Assembly (NCBI GenBank): GCA_024137785.1
Contig: JAHRHZ010000040.1
Coordinates: 4,120,894-4,184,893 of the forward strand
DNA: 64,000 nt
Reading direction: 5' to 3'
Origin: Ginglymostoma cirratum
Lineage: Eukaryota
The position numbers were made by a program, and so were the translations under genes. Shown one piece after another: positions 25,030-36,754 of this stretch (its first letter is position 1; every line of letters starts with the position of its first letter). Under the pieces are notes generated by a model, which was given only the letters and a program-made list of their open reading frames with translations, was not told where the DNA came from and did no database searches.

Positions 25030-26064
25030 TGTTGATCCCTTCACACATGAACTAGCCTATCTACTTTGTCCATCTTGCCTGGTCAGAGGAGATTAATTAC
25101 CATCAGTTAAGGTTGGAGTGGTTAATTTTATGATTTGCTGGCTAAAGGTTAAACCTCCAACTTGTTTAGTTTGCATTGTTTGGATAGTTTTTAAATAGCT
25201 AGTTGGTAATTGGCTTAACCCATCACTGCTGAATTTCACAGAAGGCCTTAGAAATAAATCCCAAACACAGAGTTAAACTTCCTCAAACCATTTTTGGGTT
25301 AGAACAGAAACAGAGGCAAATTAATGGAAAGTAAGTTGTGATTCAAGACTTTTTTCCCTAAATTAGTTAAAAAGAAGATTTTGTTCCCATTTACTAAATT
25401 CTTTAATCAATTTACATTTGATACGCAGCCTTTGTTCTATTTTTTCCTGCACAGCTTTTACATGAGAAAGAAATTAATTGCAGCACTAAACTGAAGAAAA
25501 AATTAAATATGCAAAAATCAGAAGGTTAAAAAAAGGCACTGATTTAACTTACATTGGTTGGATTCTCTTCAAAAGATGACCTTGAAACATAATCACTCTA
25601 ATGAGTTAAAATATTCATTTTCACAAATGAAACAGTAATCAAGTCAGTTTCAAAAAGCACCATTAATGAGCTTTTCCTTTGATTGGATATGTCCTGATAT
25701 ATTAATCTACAGGAGGTACCTTCTAGCTGAGACCACCCCATGCCTGCTCATTAGCTGACCTAGCAAGAGACTAATTTGAATGTTTTTGATAAAAATTTCA
25801 AGGAATTTTTACTTTAGCAGGATTTCAGCCAATACCAGTAACTTCTGTACAAGTAAACTGTACTTTTTGTAAAGTTAATTAATAGAATTTGAGGATCATA
25901 CACTGAAAAGTATTGTCATGCAGAATATCTAAAAGCAGCTCCGCCTCAGCATAATCATTGATGCACAGAACAGTAAATTTTGTTGGCAGACGGCTTATTG
26001 ACAATAAACGATTTGAGACTGCTATCTGATTAGACCATTACAGGACAACCAGAGCAATTTACAC

Positions 26065-27168
26065 TGCATCAGCGCCACCTCGTGCTCCCACGAGGGGTTC
26101 GAACAGTTCATCCACTTCACCAACACCTTCCACCCCAACCTGAAGTTCACCTGGACCATCTCCAACACTTTTCTTTCCTTCCTGGACCTCTCTGTCTCCA
26201 TCTCGGGCAACCACCTAGAAACCGATGTCCATTTCAAGCCCACTGACTCCCACAGCTACCTGGAATACACCTCCTCCCACCCACCCTCCTGCAAAAATGC
26301 CATCCCCTATTCCCAATTCCTTCGCCTCCGCTGCATCTGCTCCCAGGATGAGACATTCCACTCCCGTACATCTCAAATGTCCTCATTCTTCAAGGACCGC
26401 AACTTTCCCCCCACAGTGGTCGAGAACGCCCTCGACCGTGTCTCCCGCATTTCCCGGAACACATCCCTCACGCCCCGTCCCCGCAACAATAACCAAAAAA
26501 GAATCCCCCTCGTCCTCACATACCACCCCACCAACCTCTGGATCCAACGCATCATCCTCCGACACTTCCGCCATCTGCAATCAGACCCCACCACCAAAGA
26601 CATTTTTCCCTCCCCACCCTTATCTGCCTACCGGAGGGACCACTCCCTCCGCAACTCCCTTGTCCGTTCCACACTCCCCTCCAGCCCCACCACACCCGGC
26701 ACTTTTCCTTGTAACCGCAGGAAGTGCTACACCTGCCCCCACACCTCCTCCCTCACCCCAATCCCAGGCCCCAAGAAGACTTTCCACATCAGGCAGATGT
26801 TCACCTGCACATCTGCCAATGTGGTATACTGCATCTGCTGTACCCGTTGTGGCTTCCTCTACATCGGGGAAACTAAGGGGAGGCTTGGGGACCGCTTTGC
26901 AGAACACCTGCGCTCAGTTCGCAACAAACAACTGCACCTCCCAGTCGTGAAACATTTCAACTCCGCCTCCCATTCCTCAGATGACATGTCTATCCTGGGG
27001 CTCCTGCAATGCCACAGTGATGCCACCCGAAGGCTGCAGGAACAGCAAATCATATTCAGCCTGGGAACCCTACAGCCCAATGGCATCAATGTGGATTTCA
27101 CAAGCTTCAAAATCTCCCCTCCCCCAACCGCATCCCAAAACCAGCCCAGCTCATCTCGACCTCCCTAA
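26065..27168 (+). CDS. PLE polyprotein C-terminal part: RT thumb, Cys linker and GIY-YIG endonuclease (5'-truncated, no native start)
   Basis: The frame is open from 26065 (CISATSCSHE...FLDLSVSI...) through track ORF 26377-27168, which contains CNRRKCYTC, NVVYCICCTRCGFLYIGET, RFAEH and LQPNGINVD. Confidence 0.9.
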   Translation, partial: CISATSCSHEGFEQFIHFTNTFHPNLKFTWTISNTFLSFLDLSVSISGNHLETDVHFKPTDSHSYLEYTSSHPPSCKNAIPYSQFLRLRCICSQDETFHSRTSQMSSFFKDRNFPPTVVENALDRVSRISRNTSLTPRPRNNNQKRIPLVLTYHPTNLWIQRIILRHFRHLQSDPTTKDIFPSPPLSAYRRDHSLRNSLVRSTLPSSPTTPGTFPCNRRKCYTCPHTSSLTPIPGPKKTFHIRQMFTCTSANVVYCICCTRCGFLYIGETKGRLGDRFAEHLRSVRNKQLHLPVVKHFNSASHSSDDMSILGLLQCHSDATRRLQEQQIIFSLGTLQPNGINVDFTSFKISPPPTASQNQPSSSRPP

Positions 27169-27453
27169 CCTGTTTTTCCTCTCACCTATCCCCTCCTCCC
27201 ACCTATCCCCTCCTCCCACCTCAAGCCACACCCCCATCTCCTATCTACCAACATCATCCCGCCCCCTTGACCTGTCCGTCCTCCCTGGACTGACCTATCT
27301 CCTCCCTACCCCCCTACCTATACTCACCTTTACTGGCTCCATCCCCGCCTCTACGACTTGTCTGCCTCCTCTCCACCTATCCTCTCCTCTATCCATCCTC
27401 TATCCACCTCCCCCTCTCTCCCTATTTATTTCAGAACCCTCTTCCCCTCCCCC

Positions 27454-27489
27454 ATTTCTGATGAAGGGTCTAGGCCCGAAATGTCAAGT
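27454..27489 (+). ncRNA. Hammerhead motif with CpG-decayed helix III (ACGT to ATGT)
   Basis: ATTT-CTGATGA-A-GGGTCTAGGCCC-GAAA-TG-TC-AAGT, about 290 nt downstream of the ORF stop. Confidence 0.7.
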
Positions 27490-27964
27490 TTTCCTGCTCC
27501 TATGATGCTGCTTGACCTGCTGTGTTCATCCAGCCCCAAGCTTGTTATCTCCAATTTACAATGGGACTAGGTAGATAGACTGCGCTGATGGCAACATGTT
27601 TACACTTCTACTATCTTCTACCCTGTCCTGTAGAATGTATGTTGGCAGGGGAGCGCTTAATCATGCTGGAGGATGACAAGTGGGGATCGCGCTATCTGCC
27701 TAACTCCTCCTGATTCAGTTCATTCCGTCCTGCCACTAGTAGAGGCCCTTAGGTGGGTAATTAACTATCCTATTAAGTGCCCCATATCATCGCCACTCAA
27801 CATCAACACAACAGTGGGTGGTGGGTCTGCCATATTTGGAGCATGATGAGCAAACCTTTATATGTTTGCTTGCAGGCTCCCAGGGTGGATGGTGCTGCTA
27901 GGGTTGAAAGAGGAGGAGGGGTGTTTCTTACTTAAAGGCACTCAGCTCCTGCACCTGCTGCAAA

Positions 27965-28047
27965 CTGATGCTGCTTGGCCTGTTGTGTTCATCCAGTTCT
28001 ACACCTTGTTATCTCAGATTCTCCAGCATCGGTAGTTCCTACTATCT
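27965..28047 (+). mobile_element. Short PLE 3' tail fragment
   Basis: ctgatgctgcttggcctg...ccttgttatctcagattctccagcatc...tactatctc. Confidence 0.85.
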
Positions 28048-29139
28048 CTGTAATCACTCATCTGTGCCTGGGTCCCTCTGCAATCCAAGGACAAAGATGG
28101 GTGCAACATTGATATCAGTCACTGCTTCCTTGGTTGCAACACTGAGTGCAGAATTGTGGCAGCCTTTCAGCAGGTCAGCTATCCACTCTAAGCTCCTTGA
28201 TTCTGGGGAACTCTGCTACTGGACTGTCAAGCACCTGTTCAACATGAGATGAGGTGGGCTATCTCCAACGGACGTCACTCAAAGATCTTGTTTCCTCTCT
28301 ACTGAGAACATCACTGTTTCCACATGTTTCCATTTGGATGTTCCCTCACTGATAGGGTTTAATTTTGAATCAATGGGAACATCAAGGGATAAGGTGAAAA
28401 TACAGGAAAAGAGAGATCAGGCAAAGATTAGTCATGATTTGGAATGAGCCGGGCCACATTACAAGTTGTTTGCTGAAAGCACAGTTACTCATTAGTTTGT
28501 TGAAATAGCTGCATCCATGCAAAAGCATTGCTTGATTAATAGTTCTTTCACTTGATTAATTCTGTAAATTACATAATATTCATTTGCACAAGATAAAGAG
28601 ATGTCAAGTAGTTGTGCTTTCTGTTATTGAAACTTTTATGGGGCTATAGTGAAAGGAATTTTAGATTAAAAAAAAACTATAAAGTTATGAATGAATGACC
28701 AGAAAAAATTGCTTGTTGTCAAAAAACCGTCCACTAACAAAATTTACCGTTCCGTGCACCAATGATTATGTTGAGGTGGCGCTGCTTTTAGAGATACTTC
28801 GTGACTATACTTTTCGGTGTATGATCCTATGAACCCTATAATATTGTCATTATAGGGTTCATAGGTTCCATACAGAGAGTATACTATGTTTAATAAGTGT
28901 TTAAGTGTTAAAGCTTGACTTAGAGGATATAAAGGACTGTGGGTGCCATGTACCATGTCTCCTCGAAAAGCTGACCCAAATCCATGAACATTGCAGTGTG
29001 CTAGGAGATGCCCTATCAGGAGTGCATGGTGTGGGCTTGTTACATGAGCTTGCCTTCACTCTTATCCCATGGTTCTGGTACTGAGAATGGAACAGAGAAT
29101 CGTGTTTTCAGGGCTGGGACTTCATTTTTAATGGCAAAT

Positions 29140-29890
29140 CCAATTCATTGTGTTCAATTCCAGGCATCACACTTTAGGAAGGAAATGAAAGCATCAGAGA
29201 GGATACAGAAAATATTTACAGGAATGGTTTCAGGGGTGAGAAACTGAAGAAGCTGAAGCCATTTTCATTGAAGAAGATTAAGCAGAAATTTGGTAGAGGC
29301 GTTCAAATCATGACGAGTGTGGACAGAGTTGATAAAGCTCTCTCCCATTGGCATTCATCTATCAATTGAAAATGGATTGTCAAAAGAATCGATGGTGACA
29401 TAAGGCCGGTCTATTTTCAACCTCAGTGATCAGGATCTGGAATGCACTGTCACAGAGTGTGGTGGAGGCAGTTCAATCGAGACCTTTAAAAGAAAATTGG
29501 ATATGTACCTGAAGAACAAACCATAAAAACATCGGAGCTAGGAGTGGGAGCAGGCAATTCAACCCCTTGAGCCTCCTCTGTCATTTAATATGGTCATGGC
29601 TGATCTCATCTTGGTCTCAACTCCACTTTCCTGCCTACTATCCATAACCCTTCAACCCATTACTAATTAAAAATCTATCTGTCTCCTCCTTCAATTTTCT
29701 TATTGTTCCAGCATCCATTACTCTCAGGGTTAATGAATTCCATAGATTCATAATCCTTTGAAGTTTCAAGTCCTCTGTTTTAAATTTGTCACCCTTTAAC
29801 TTAAACCTATGACCTCTTGTTCTAGTTTGCTTCACAGGGGAAGCTCCAAGTCTACTTTGTCAATACCCTTTAGCATCTTATATACTTCAA
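29140..29890. mobile_element. Two tail-to-tail CR1 3' fragments (+ 29140-29520; - 29520-29890)
   Basis: HCVQFQASHFRKEMKASERIQKIFT on the plus strand and TRTRGHRFKLKG...RIMNLWNSL on the minus strand. Confidence 0.75.
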
Positions 29891-31429
29891 ATGGGCTCAT
29901 TTCACCCTCTCAACCAAACGTTTCCTTCTAAATTTACTGAGCTATGGGTAATGGGAGAGGGAGACAAGGTGAGTTGTTCAGTTGTACCAGATGGGGCAAG
30001 AATGTTAAAAGATTTTCAGGACAATGATGATCTTTATTTAGCCAGTGAATGTTGTTGATCTCTCTGAACTTTTACAGAGGGAAATTGGGAGTCCTTATTC
30101 TCTATGTCCAATAATTGTGGAGGCAATCAATGTCTCAGGTTGTCTTCTCCAGAGTATTGATTGTGCAATAGTTATATCTGAAATTAGGAAGCTTTTGGGA
30201 GCTATACAGAACAGAAACAGTTTCTCAAATCTCGGTAGATATTTGTAGATAAAAATGTCATGGTCTTGGAAGAGCCACATTGAGTTCCCTCTAATTTTCC
30301 TTTGCCATGTTTGACCTGTTGTTGAACTGAGAGGTTCCAATAAGTTTGTTTCCTGTTGCACACCTTAAAGAGACGACTTCTAGCAGCTAGCCTGTTTCTC
30401 CCTTGCAGCGTAAGTTCTGGACTGATGTCCAATTACACTCTGGACAGCTTATGGGGAAAATGGATTGAGGTTGTTACCATTAACACCCACTGAACTTGGA
30501 TGTGATGATGAAAATACATTCATTTTATTGTGCCTGACTACTGAAGAATAATGCAGAAATTGCCAATGAATATTAGCTCTCCCTTAGTGACGAATGCTGA
30601 AGAGGCTCTGATCAGAGGGTTAAAGCACATGTTCTTTTCCTCCAGCCTCCCCCTGCCTACCCTATTTTGCAGTGACAATTAGGAACCTCCTGGGTTTTGT
30701 GACTGTAATTGCACGCATATCATGTAACCTCACAACACCGGACAAACATAATGGTTGCCACTTGCCCTAAAATGGTACATCTTTCTGCCTTGGTGAAGCT
30801 GAAGCCACTAAGCCAGAAATTTGTGGGTAAAATTTCTGTTGGCCATTAAAAAAATTATATGAGGTCAGCACATGAAGTGAGCAGTTTCCACACAAATGAA
30901 ATCCAATTGATGACACAAAAAATTAAAGTATATCTGGAAACTAACAATATCAAACTTGTATTCGGTCCTGATGTTGATAATAAAACACTGTGTAATTATT
31001 GTTTTTTTCTTAAATTGAAAGACAGAGAAATAGTTTGAATTTATTAGTGGGAATTAATTAAAAAATTAATGATCCTCATTTATCCCTCAAAGAACTTAGC
31101 TACCCCGCTGCTAATGTGTATTCAGAAATTTATCTTCTGTCAACCTTTTTTGCAGTTATTTTTTCTCTTACTGTTTCTAATAATAGTAATCCTCAACAGA
31201 CTTTAGAATGATTGCCAATCCTCACGACACGTTCCTTGTATCTTTTACTACAAGTCTTTTCAGGTTGTAATGTGCCCCTCAGTTTATCTGCAGACGTTTT
31301 ACCTTATTAAAACAGTTAATGCTTCCTTACCACATTCTTTAAAAGGATGTTTTGGAAAATGCCATGTTCTCTGTTGTTCCTTTTGTATTTACTGCTTAAT
31401 CTTTCTTGGAGTTTGACCCATTGTTTTAG

Positions 31430-33250
31430 AATATAAGAACTAAGAGCAGCAGTATGCAATTGAGTCCCTTGAGCCTGCTTCATCAGTTTAATGATCATGG
31501 ATGATTGCATCTTGGCCTCAACTCCACTTTTTTGTACACTCTCCATAACCCTTCAACCCACTACTAATTAAAATTTTGTCTATCTCCTCCTTCAATTACT
31601 TAATGTTCCTACACGCAACGTACACAGGAGTAATACATTCTCCAGATTCACTACCCTTTGAAAGAAGTAATTTCTTCTCAACTGTGCTTTAAATTTGCTA
31701 CCACTTCTCCTAAAACTATGACATCTCATTCTAGATTACCCCACACGAGGAAACATCCTCCACACATCTATTTTATCAATCCCCTTTAGTTTCTTTTGCA
31801 TCTCAATGAAATCTCCATTCATTCTTCTAAATTCCAGATTTACAGGCCTAAACTGTCCAATCTCTCTTTCTATGAAAAACCCATCATCTCTGGAATCAAT
31901 CTAATGAACCTCTTCTGAATGCCTCCAATGCAAATATATCCTTTATCAAGTAAGGGGACCAAAATTGTTTTGCAGTACTCTGTGTGTGGGCTCCTGAATG
32001 CCTTGTAAAATTGTAGCAAAATTTCCTACTTTTATATTGTACTCCCTCAGCAATAAATGCCAAACTTCAATTGCCTTCTTTATTAACTGCTGTATCTGTG
32101 TACTAGTTTTATGCAATTCATGAATGAGGACACCCAGTTCCTCTTCACTGAAGCACTCTGAAGTTTCCCTTCATTTAGATCATAGGTTGTCTTTCTATTC
32201 CTCCAAACAGAATGGGATAACTTCACACTGATTCATGTTAAACTCCATCTGCTAAACTTTGGCCCATTTGCCTCAACCATCCATAATCATTTGTAAATTG
32301 TGTATTTCTTCATTAAAACTTATTTTCCCACCTATTTTAGTGTAATCAGCAAAATTGGCTATCACACTTTCTATCCTCGCATCCAAGCCATTAATATGAA
32401 TAGTTCTACAATGTGATAGTTGCGTTCTTGTGTGACCTCACGCTATAGAAAATTGCATTACAGGATTATAGAAAATCGTCAAACTTGTACAGCAGAAAGT
32501 TTGCGTTATCCAAACAGCGTCCACTATTCATCAATTGTGTTACAGCCAATTCGCATTAATGAAGAATACATTATTAGCAGAGCTACCTATATGATGTAAA
32601 TAATTGAGGACAGCAGAGAAACCTGTGACACCTCACTAGTTACATCTTGCCAACCAGAAAAAGACCCATCTATCACAATGCTCTGTTTTCTGTTGTTAGC
32701 CACTACCCAAGATAACAGATTACCCCCAAGTCCATGTGATCTTACCTTGTGTATTAAACATTTGTGCAGAACCTTGTCAAATGTTTTGGAGTTGTTTTTT
32801 CCAGAAACGTAACCTATCTTTCTAAACCTCTGTCTTTAGTCTTCATTACGGTTTCAAATCTAAACCACATTAGGATACCACATTAAACTACCACATTAGC
32901 TGCTTCTTTTAAGAATCTAGGGTGAGGCTCATCAGAACCTGAGGATTTACCAACCAAAAATTCCACCTGTTTGCTCGCTACTGCTTCCCTAGTGATTATA
33001 ATTCCACCAAGTTCCTCTCTCCCTGTCACCTCCCTGATTTACAACTATCACTTGAAGGTTTTTGCATACTCTACAGGGAAGACAAAAGCAAATATTTGTT
33101 CATTTCATCCACCATTTCCTTATTATCCACTGTTAATCCCTCATTTACCTCATTTACATACACTTACCATCTTCCTTTTAAAATGCTTGTAGGAAGCCTC
33201 GCTATCTATTTTAACTTTCTTGCTCACTCTAATCACTTTTGCCTGACAAA
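31430..33250 (-). mobile_element. Degenerate CR1 LINE with a nested MITE
   Basis: CR1 tail at ~31430 (ataagaactaagagcag) and RT remnants extending upstream. Confidence 0.75.
32396..32590. mobile_element. Probable Tc1/mariner (Tigger-like) MITE
   Basis: Interrupts the CR1 at ttaatat|gtaaata. Ends are decayed inverted repeats (tagttct... and ...agagctacctata) with TA flanks. Confidence 0.5.
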
Positions 33251-33879
33251 TGGCCTGTATACGATAAATATTGGAGAGAGCTGTGTACAACTAAGGTGCA
33301 ACTCCTCACCATTTCCATTCAATCAATTTACGGAGATGACTTTGTCTGATTAGTTGTCCCTGTGAATGAATTTCCCTGGACGTTTTGGGAGATGTTCAAG
33401 GCAGGCTTGCCTGCTGCCCCCTATATTTCCTAGCATCTCAGCCCTACTAAAAGAAAACTCTTTACTCTGTAGAATAGACAAAATTAGCAATGCTACACCG
33501 GAGAACATGGAGGATGGGGATAGCTAAAGATTCCAATAAAGTGATAGCTTTAATCTTTTTTGCTTATTTTGCTTCATTCACTCACTCACACGCACATATA
33601 CATATAAATTGCAGAAACCACCCTAATGCACATTAGTAGTGACCTACATTCAATTTGAGGGATGTTTTTCAGGGCACCATTGCAGCTTCTTCCTCCATGT
33701 GTTCCCAAATTAAATAAATTGCAATCCCTAGCAGCAGCTCTAACACTTAAAGGTGAGGTGAGAATCGACTACCTTGACATTTGTTCCAGTGTGGCATCAA
33801 CAAGCCCAGGCAAAATTGAAGTCTGTAGGAATCTGGGAGCAATCACTCCACTAGTTGGGGCACAAAGGAGTATTATTAT

Positions 33880-34670
33880 GATTGCTGGAGGTTAATCATC
33901 TTAGCACCAGGACATCAGTGTTGGAGTTCCTCAGGGAAGTGTTGTAGGCCCTAACATCTTTAGCAGCTTCATCATTGACCTTCCCTTCATCATAACCTCA
34001 GAGATGAGCACTATTAACATCCTGAGGACAGCCATCAACCAGAAATTGAACTCAATGAGCCAGTGAAATATTGCATTTATACAAGTGAATCATAGTCTGG
34101 GAACTTGGTGGTGAATAATTCATCTCCTGACTCCCCAAAGCCTGTCCACCGTCTACAAGGGACAAGTCAGGAGTGAGATGGAATAGTCTCCAGTTCCCCA
34201 GATGGATGCAGCTCCAAAAACACCAAAGAAGCTTGACATCAACAGAGAGAAAGCACCCTGCTTGACTGGCACCCTATTACCATCTTAAATGTTTATCTGC
34301 TCCACTCCTGATGCACAGTGGCAGCATTGTGTACCATTTACAAAATGCACTGCAACAACTTGCCAAACCTCTTTCAACACCACTTTCCAAGCCAACAATC
34401 TCTAACACCCAGAAGCACAAGAGTACCAGGGATATGGGAATACTACAAACTGCAAGTTTTTCTCCGAACTGCACATCATCCTGATTTGGAACTGGATCTG
34501 TACCCTTCACTTTGTTGGGCCATACCCTGGAACTCTCTCCCTAACAATACAATGGGTTTAGCCACACCATGCAGACTGCTGCATTTAAAGAAAGTGACTC
34601 ACCAACACCTTATGAAGGACAATAAAGGATGCTAGCTTAGCCAGTGATGCTGATGTCTCATCAATAAATC
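33880..34670 (+). mobile_element. CR1/L2-group LINE family B, 3' fragment
   Basis: ggagttcctcagggaagtgttgtaggccc (GVPQGSV.GP) and tacaagggacaagtcaggagt (YK.QVRS) remnants, with the tail shared by the SINE. Confidence 0.75.
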
Positions 34671-35819
34671 GTAAAGAAGGAAACATTGGCATGTCACTTT
34701 ATTTGCTTATTCTACTTGTAGAGACTGTAATGCGCAGTTAAGGTGCAGCTAAACATAGGTTTGAGTGGAATTCACAAGGTGAAACATTGAACAAGAATGA
34801 GGGAATAGAGACAAAAAAAACCCAGTAATTGTTGGTACCCTCAGATGCAAAACATCTAGAATCACCATCTCAAGAGATCACTGCTTAGGTATCATTGAGA
34901 GTGTCTATGGCCGATTTCGGAAAAGTTTATTATTGATAATGCACAGACAAACATGAAGTTTACTTGTTGTTGTAGATCAGCAGGGAGCAAGTTACAGCTC
35001 AAAGATGATATTCAGCAGAGCCTCCAATATCCAAAGTGTATGATTTTTTACATCTGCTTTTCTCCAAATAAATGAGCCTCTGCCATTCTTTGACTGAATC
35101 ACATTACAATTTAATATATAACCCTGTCACACTGTTGGCTGTATTGATACAGGTAGATCTGAAATTATGCACACATCCGGACTGTAGTTAAATGAGATAA
35201 CAGCTGTAAGTCCATTAGTTTGGAAACTAACTGCTATTCTCTCTCAAATGAAGACCATGTAACCATTTTTATGTACTTTATTCTCTCTATTCTGTAAAAC
35301 AGGACACCTATGTCATCAAGCATAACCTTGAAGCAGAAATCTTAAAATAAATGACATTGTTCAGAAAATCACTTACAATGTTATTTTGGGGCCTAATTGC
35401 CATAGTTATGCAGGAACTCTATGTGAACTTGGTCTGTAAGTTTTTGAGAACAGATACAATCAACTCTTCCACTCTTTCAAAAGATCACTGCAAAACCCCA
35501 AACTTCACTATTTGTAACATGCAGACAGATCTCGCACTGGCTGCCAGTTATTGAACTTGCACTAACTAATTCAATTTAAATGGAGGACAACAGAAGGTAA
35601 CACAGTCTAATATCATTTCACAAGCATAAACCGAACAAGATTAAATGATAGTTAAACTTTGACCCTGGAAAGTAAGAAATATAGTCTAAAGATTAACCTG
35701 TTATTTTATTCTGTTCTTTGTAGAATTTATTGTACTTTATATTTTACTTGTTGTGATTGATTAGAAAACTATCTCAATCCTTGGCCACAATGGAATTTGA
35801 TGAAATAGTTGATGAAAAC

Positions 35820-36700
35820 TCAAAGTGCAAAACCTCATATTTCCCCACATTATACTCCACCTGCCAAGCTTTTGCCCACTTACTCAAGCTGTTTATGTCC
35901 CTCTACCGTATCTCTGTGTCATCCTCACCACTTCCCTTCTCATGTATTTTTGTATCATCATCAAATGTAGTTGTAGTACATTCACTTTCCTAAATCAATT
36001 CATCAATATATATTGCAAATAATTGTGGCCCAGGACAGATCTCTGTAGTATTCCACCTGTTCCAGGTTGCCATCCTGAAAATACGCCCCAAACCCCAATT
36101 CTCTGTCTTCTATTAGTTAACCAATCTCTATCTAATGCATTGCCTTCAATACCATGGTGAAAATATCTTACCTCGAATACCCTTTTATCTATCCTGCCTA
36201 TTGTCTTCTCAAAGAATTCTAATAAATTTGTGAGGCATGATTTTCCCTACATGAAGCCATGCTGACTTTGCTGGATTATATTAGGTATCTCTAAATGCTC
36301 TGCTACTGTAGCATTAATAACAGACTTTAACATTTTGCAAATAACAGATATTAAGTTAATTGGCCTATAATTACCTGGTTTGTATCTCCATTCTTTTTTG
36401 AATAAATGTGTTACATAGAAAGTTTTCCAATCTTTCGATTATTCCAGATTTAAGGATTCTTGGAAGATTATGACAGCTACATCTATTATCTCTGTAGCTA
36501 CTTCTTTTAATATCTTAAGATGCATCACATCTGACGACATATCAGCCTTTAGCCACGTTAATTAACCTTGTATTGTTTCTTCTTATCAATAGTTATTGTA
36601 TTTACCCCCTCCGCCCAATTTTTTGTCCCTTGATTATTTGCTAGTTTTGGAATACTGTTGATGTCTTCACAGAAGTCAATGTCAATAAAAAGTGTATTTG
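35820..36700 (-). mobile_element. Degenerate CR1 RT fragment
   Basis: Remnants of WAK.WQVEYNVGK, QHGFM.GKSCLTNLLEFFE and NYRPINL on the minus strand. Confidence 0.75.
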
Positions 36701-36703
36701 GCA

Positions 36704-36754
36704 TATGTTGATTGGACAGTTCAAACTTTATGTTGATTGGACAGTTCAAACTTT
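36704..36754. repeat. Tandem duplication, 25-bp period
   Basis: tatgttgattggacagttcaaactt occurs twice. Confidence 0.9.

Larger units (their letters stand above)
26064..27551 (+). mobile_element. 5'-truncated Neptune-type PLE with 9-bp TSD
   Basis: TSD caatttaca at 26055-26063 and 27552-27560. Ends ttgttatctc. Confidence 0.95.

Noticed and set aside
26225-26950. 241-aa Pro/Ser/Thr-rich ORF (also 39455-40048)
   Set aside because: Alternative frame of the PLE ORF. Its composition reflects the C bias of the element.
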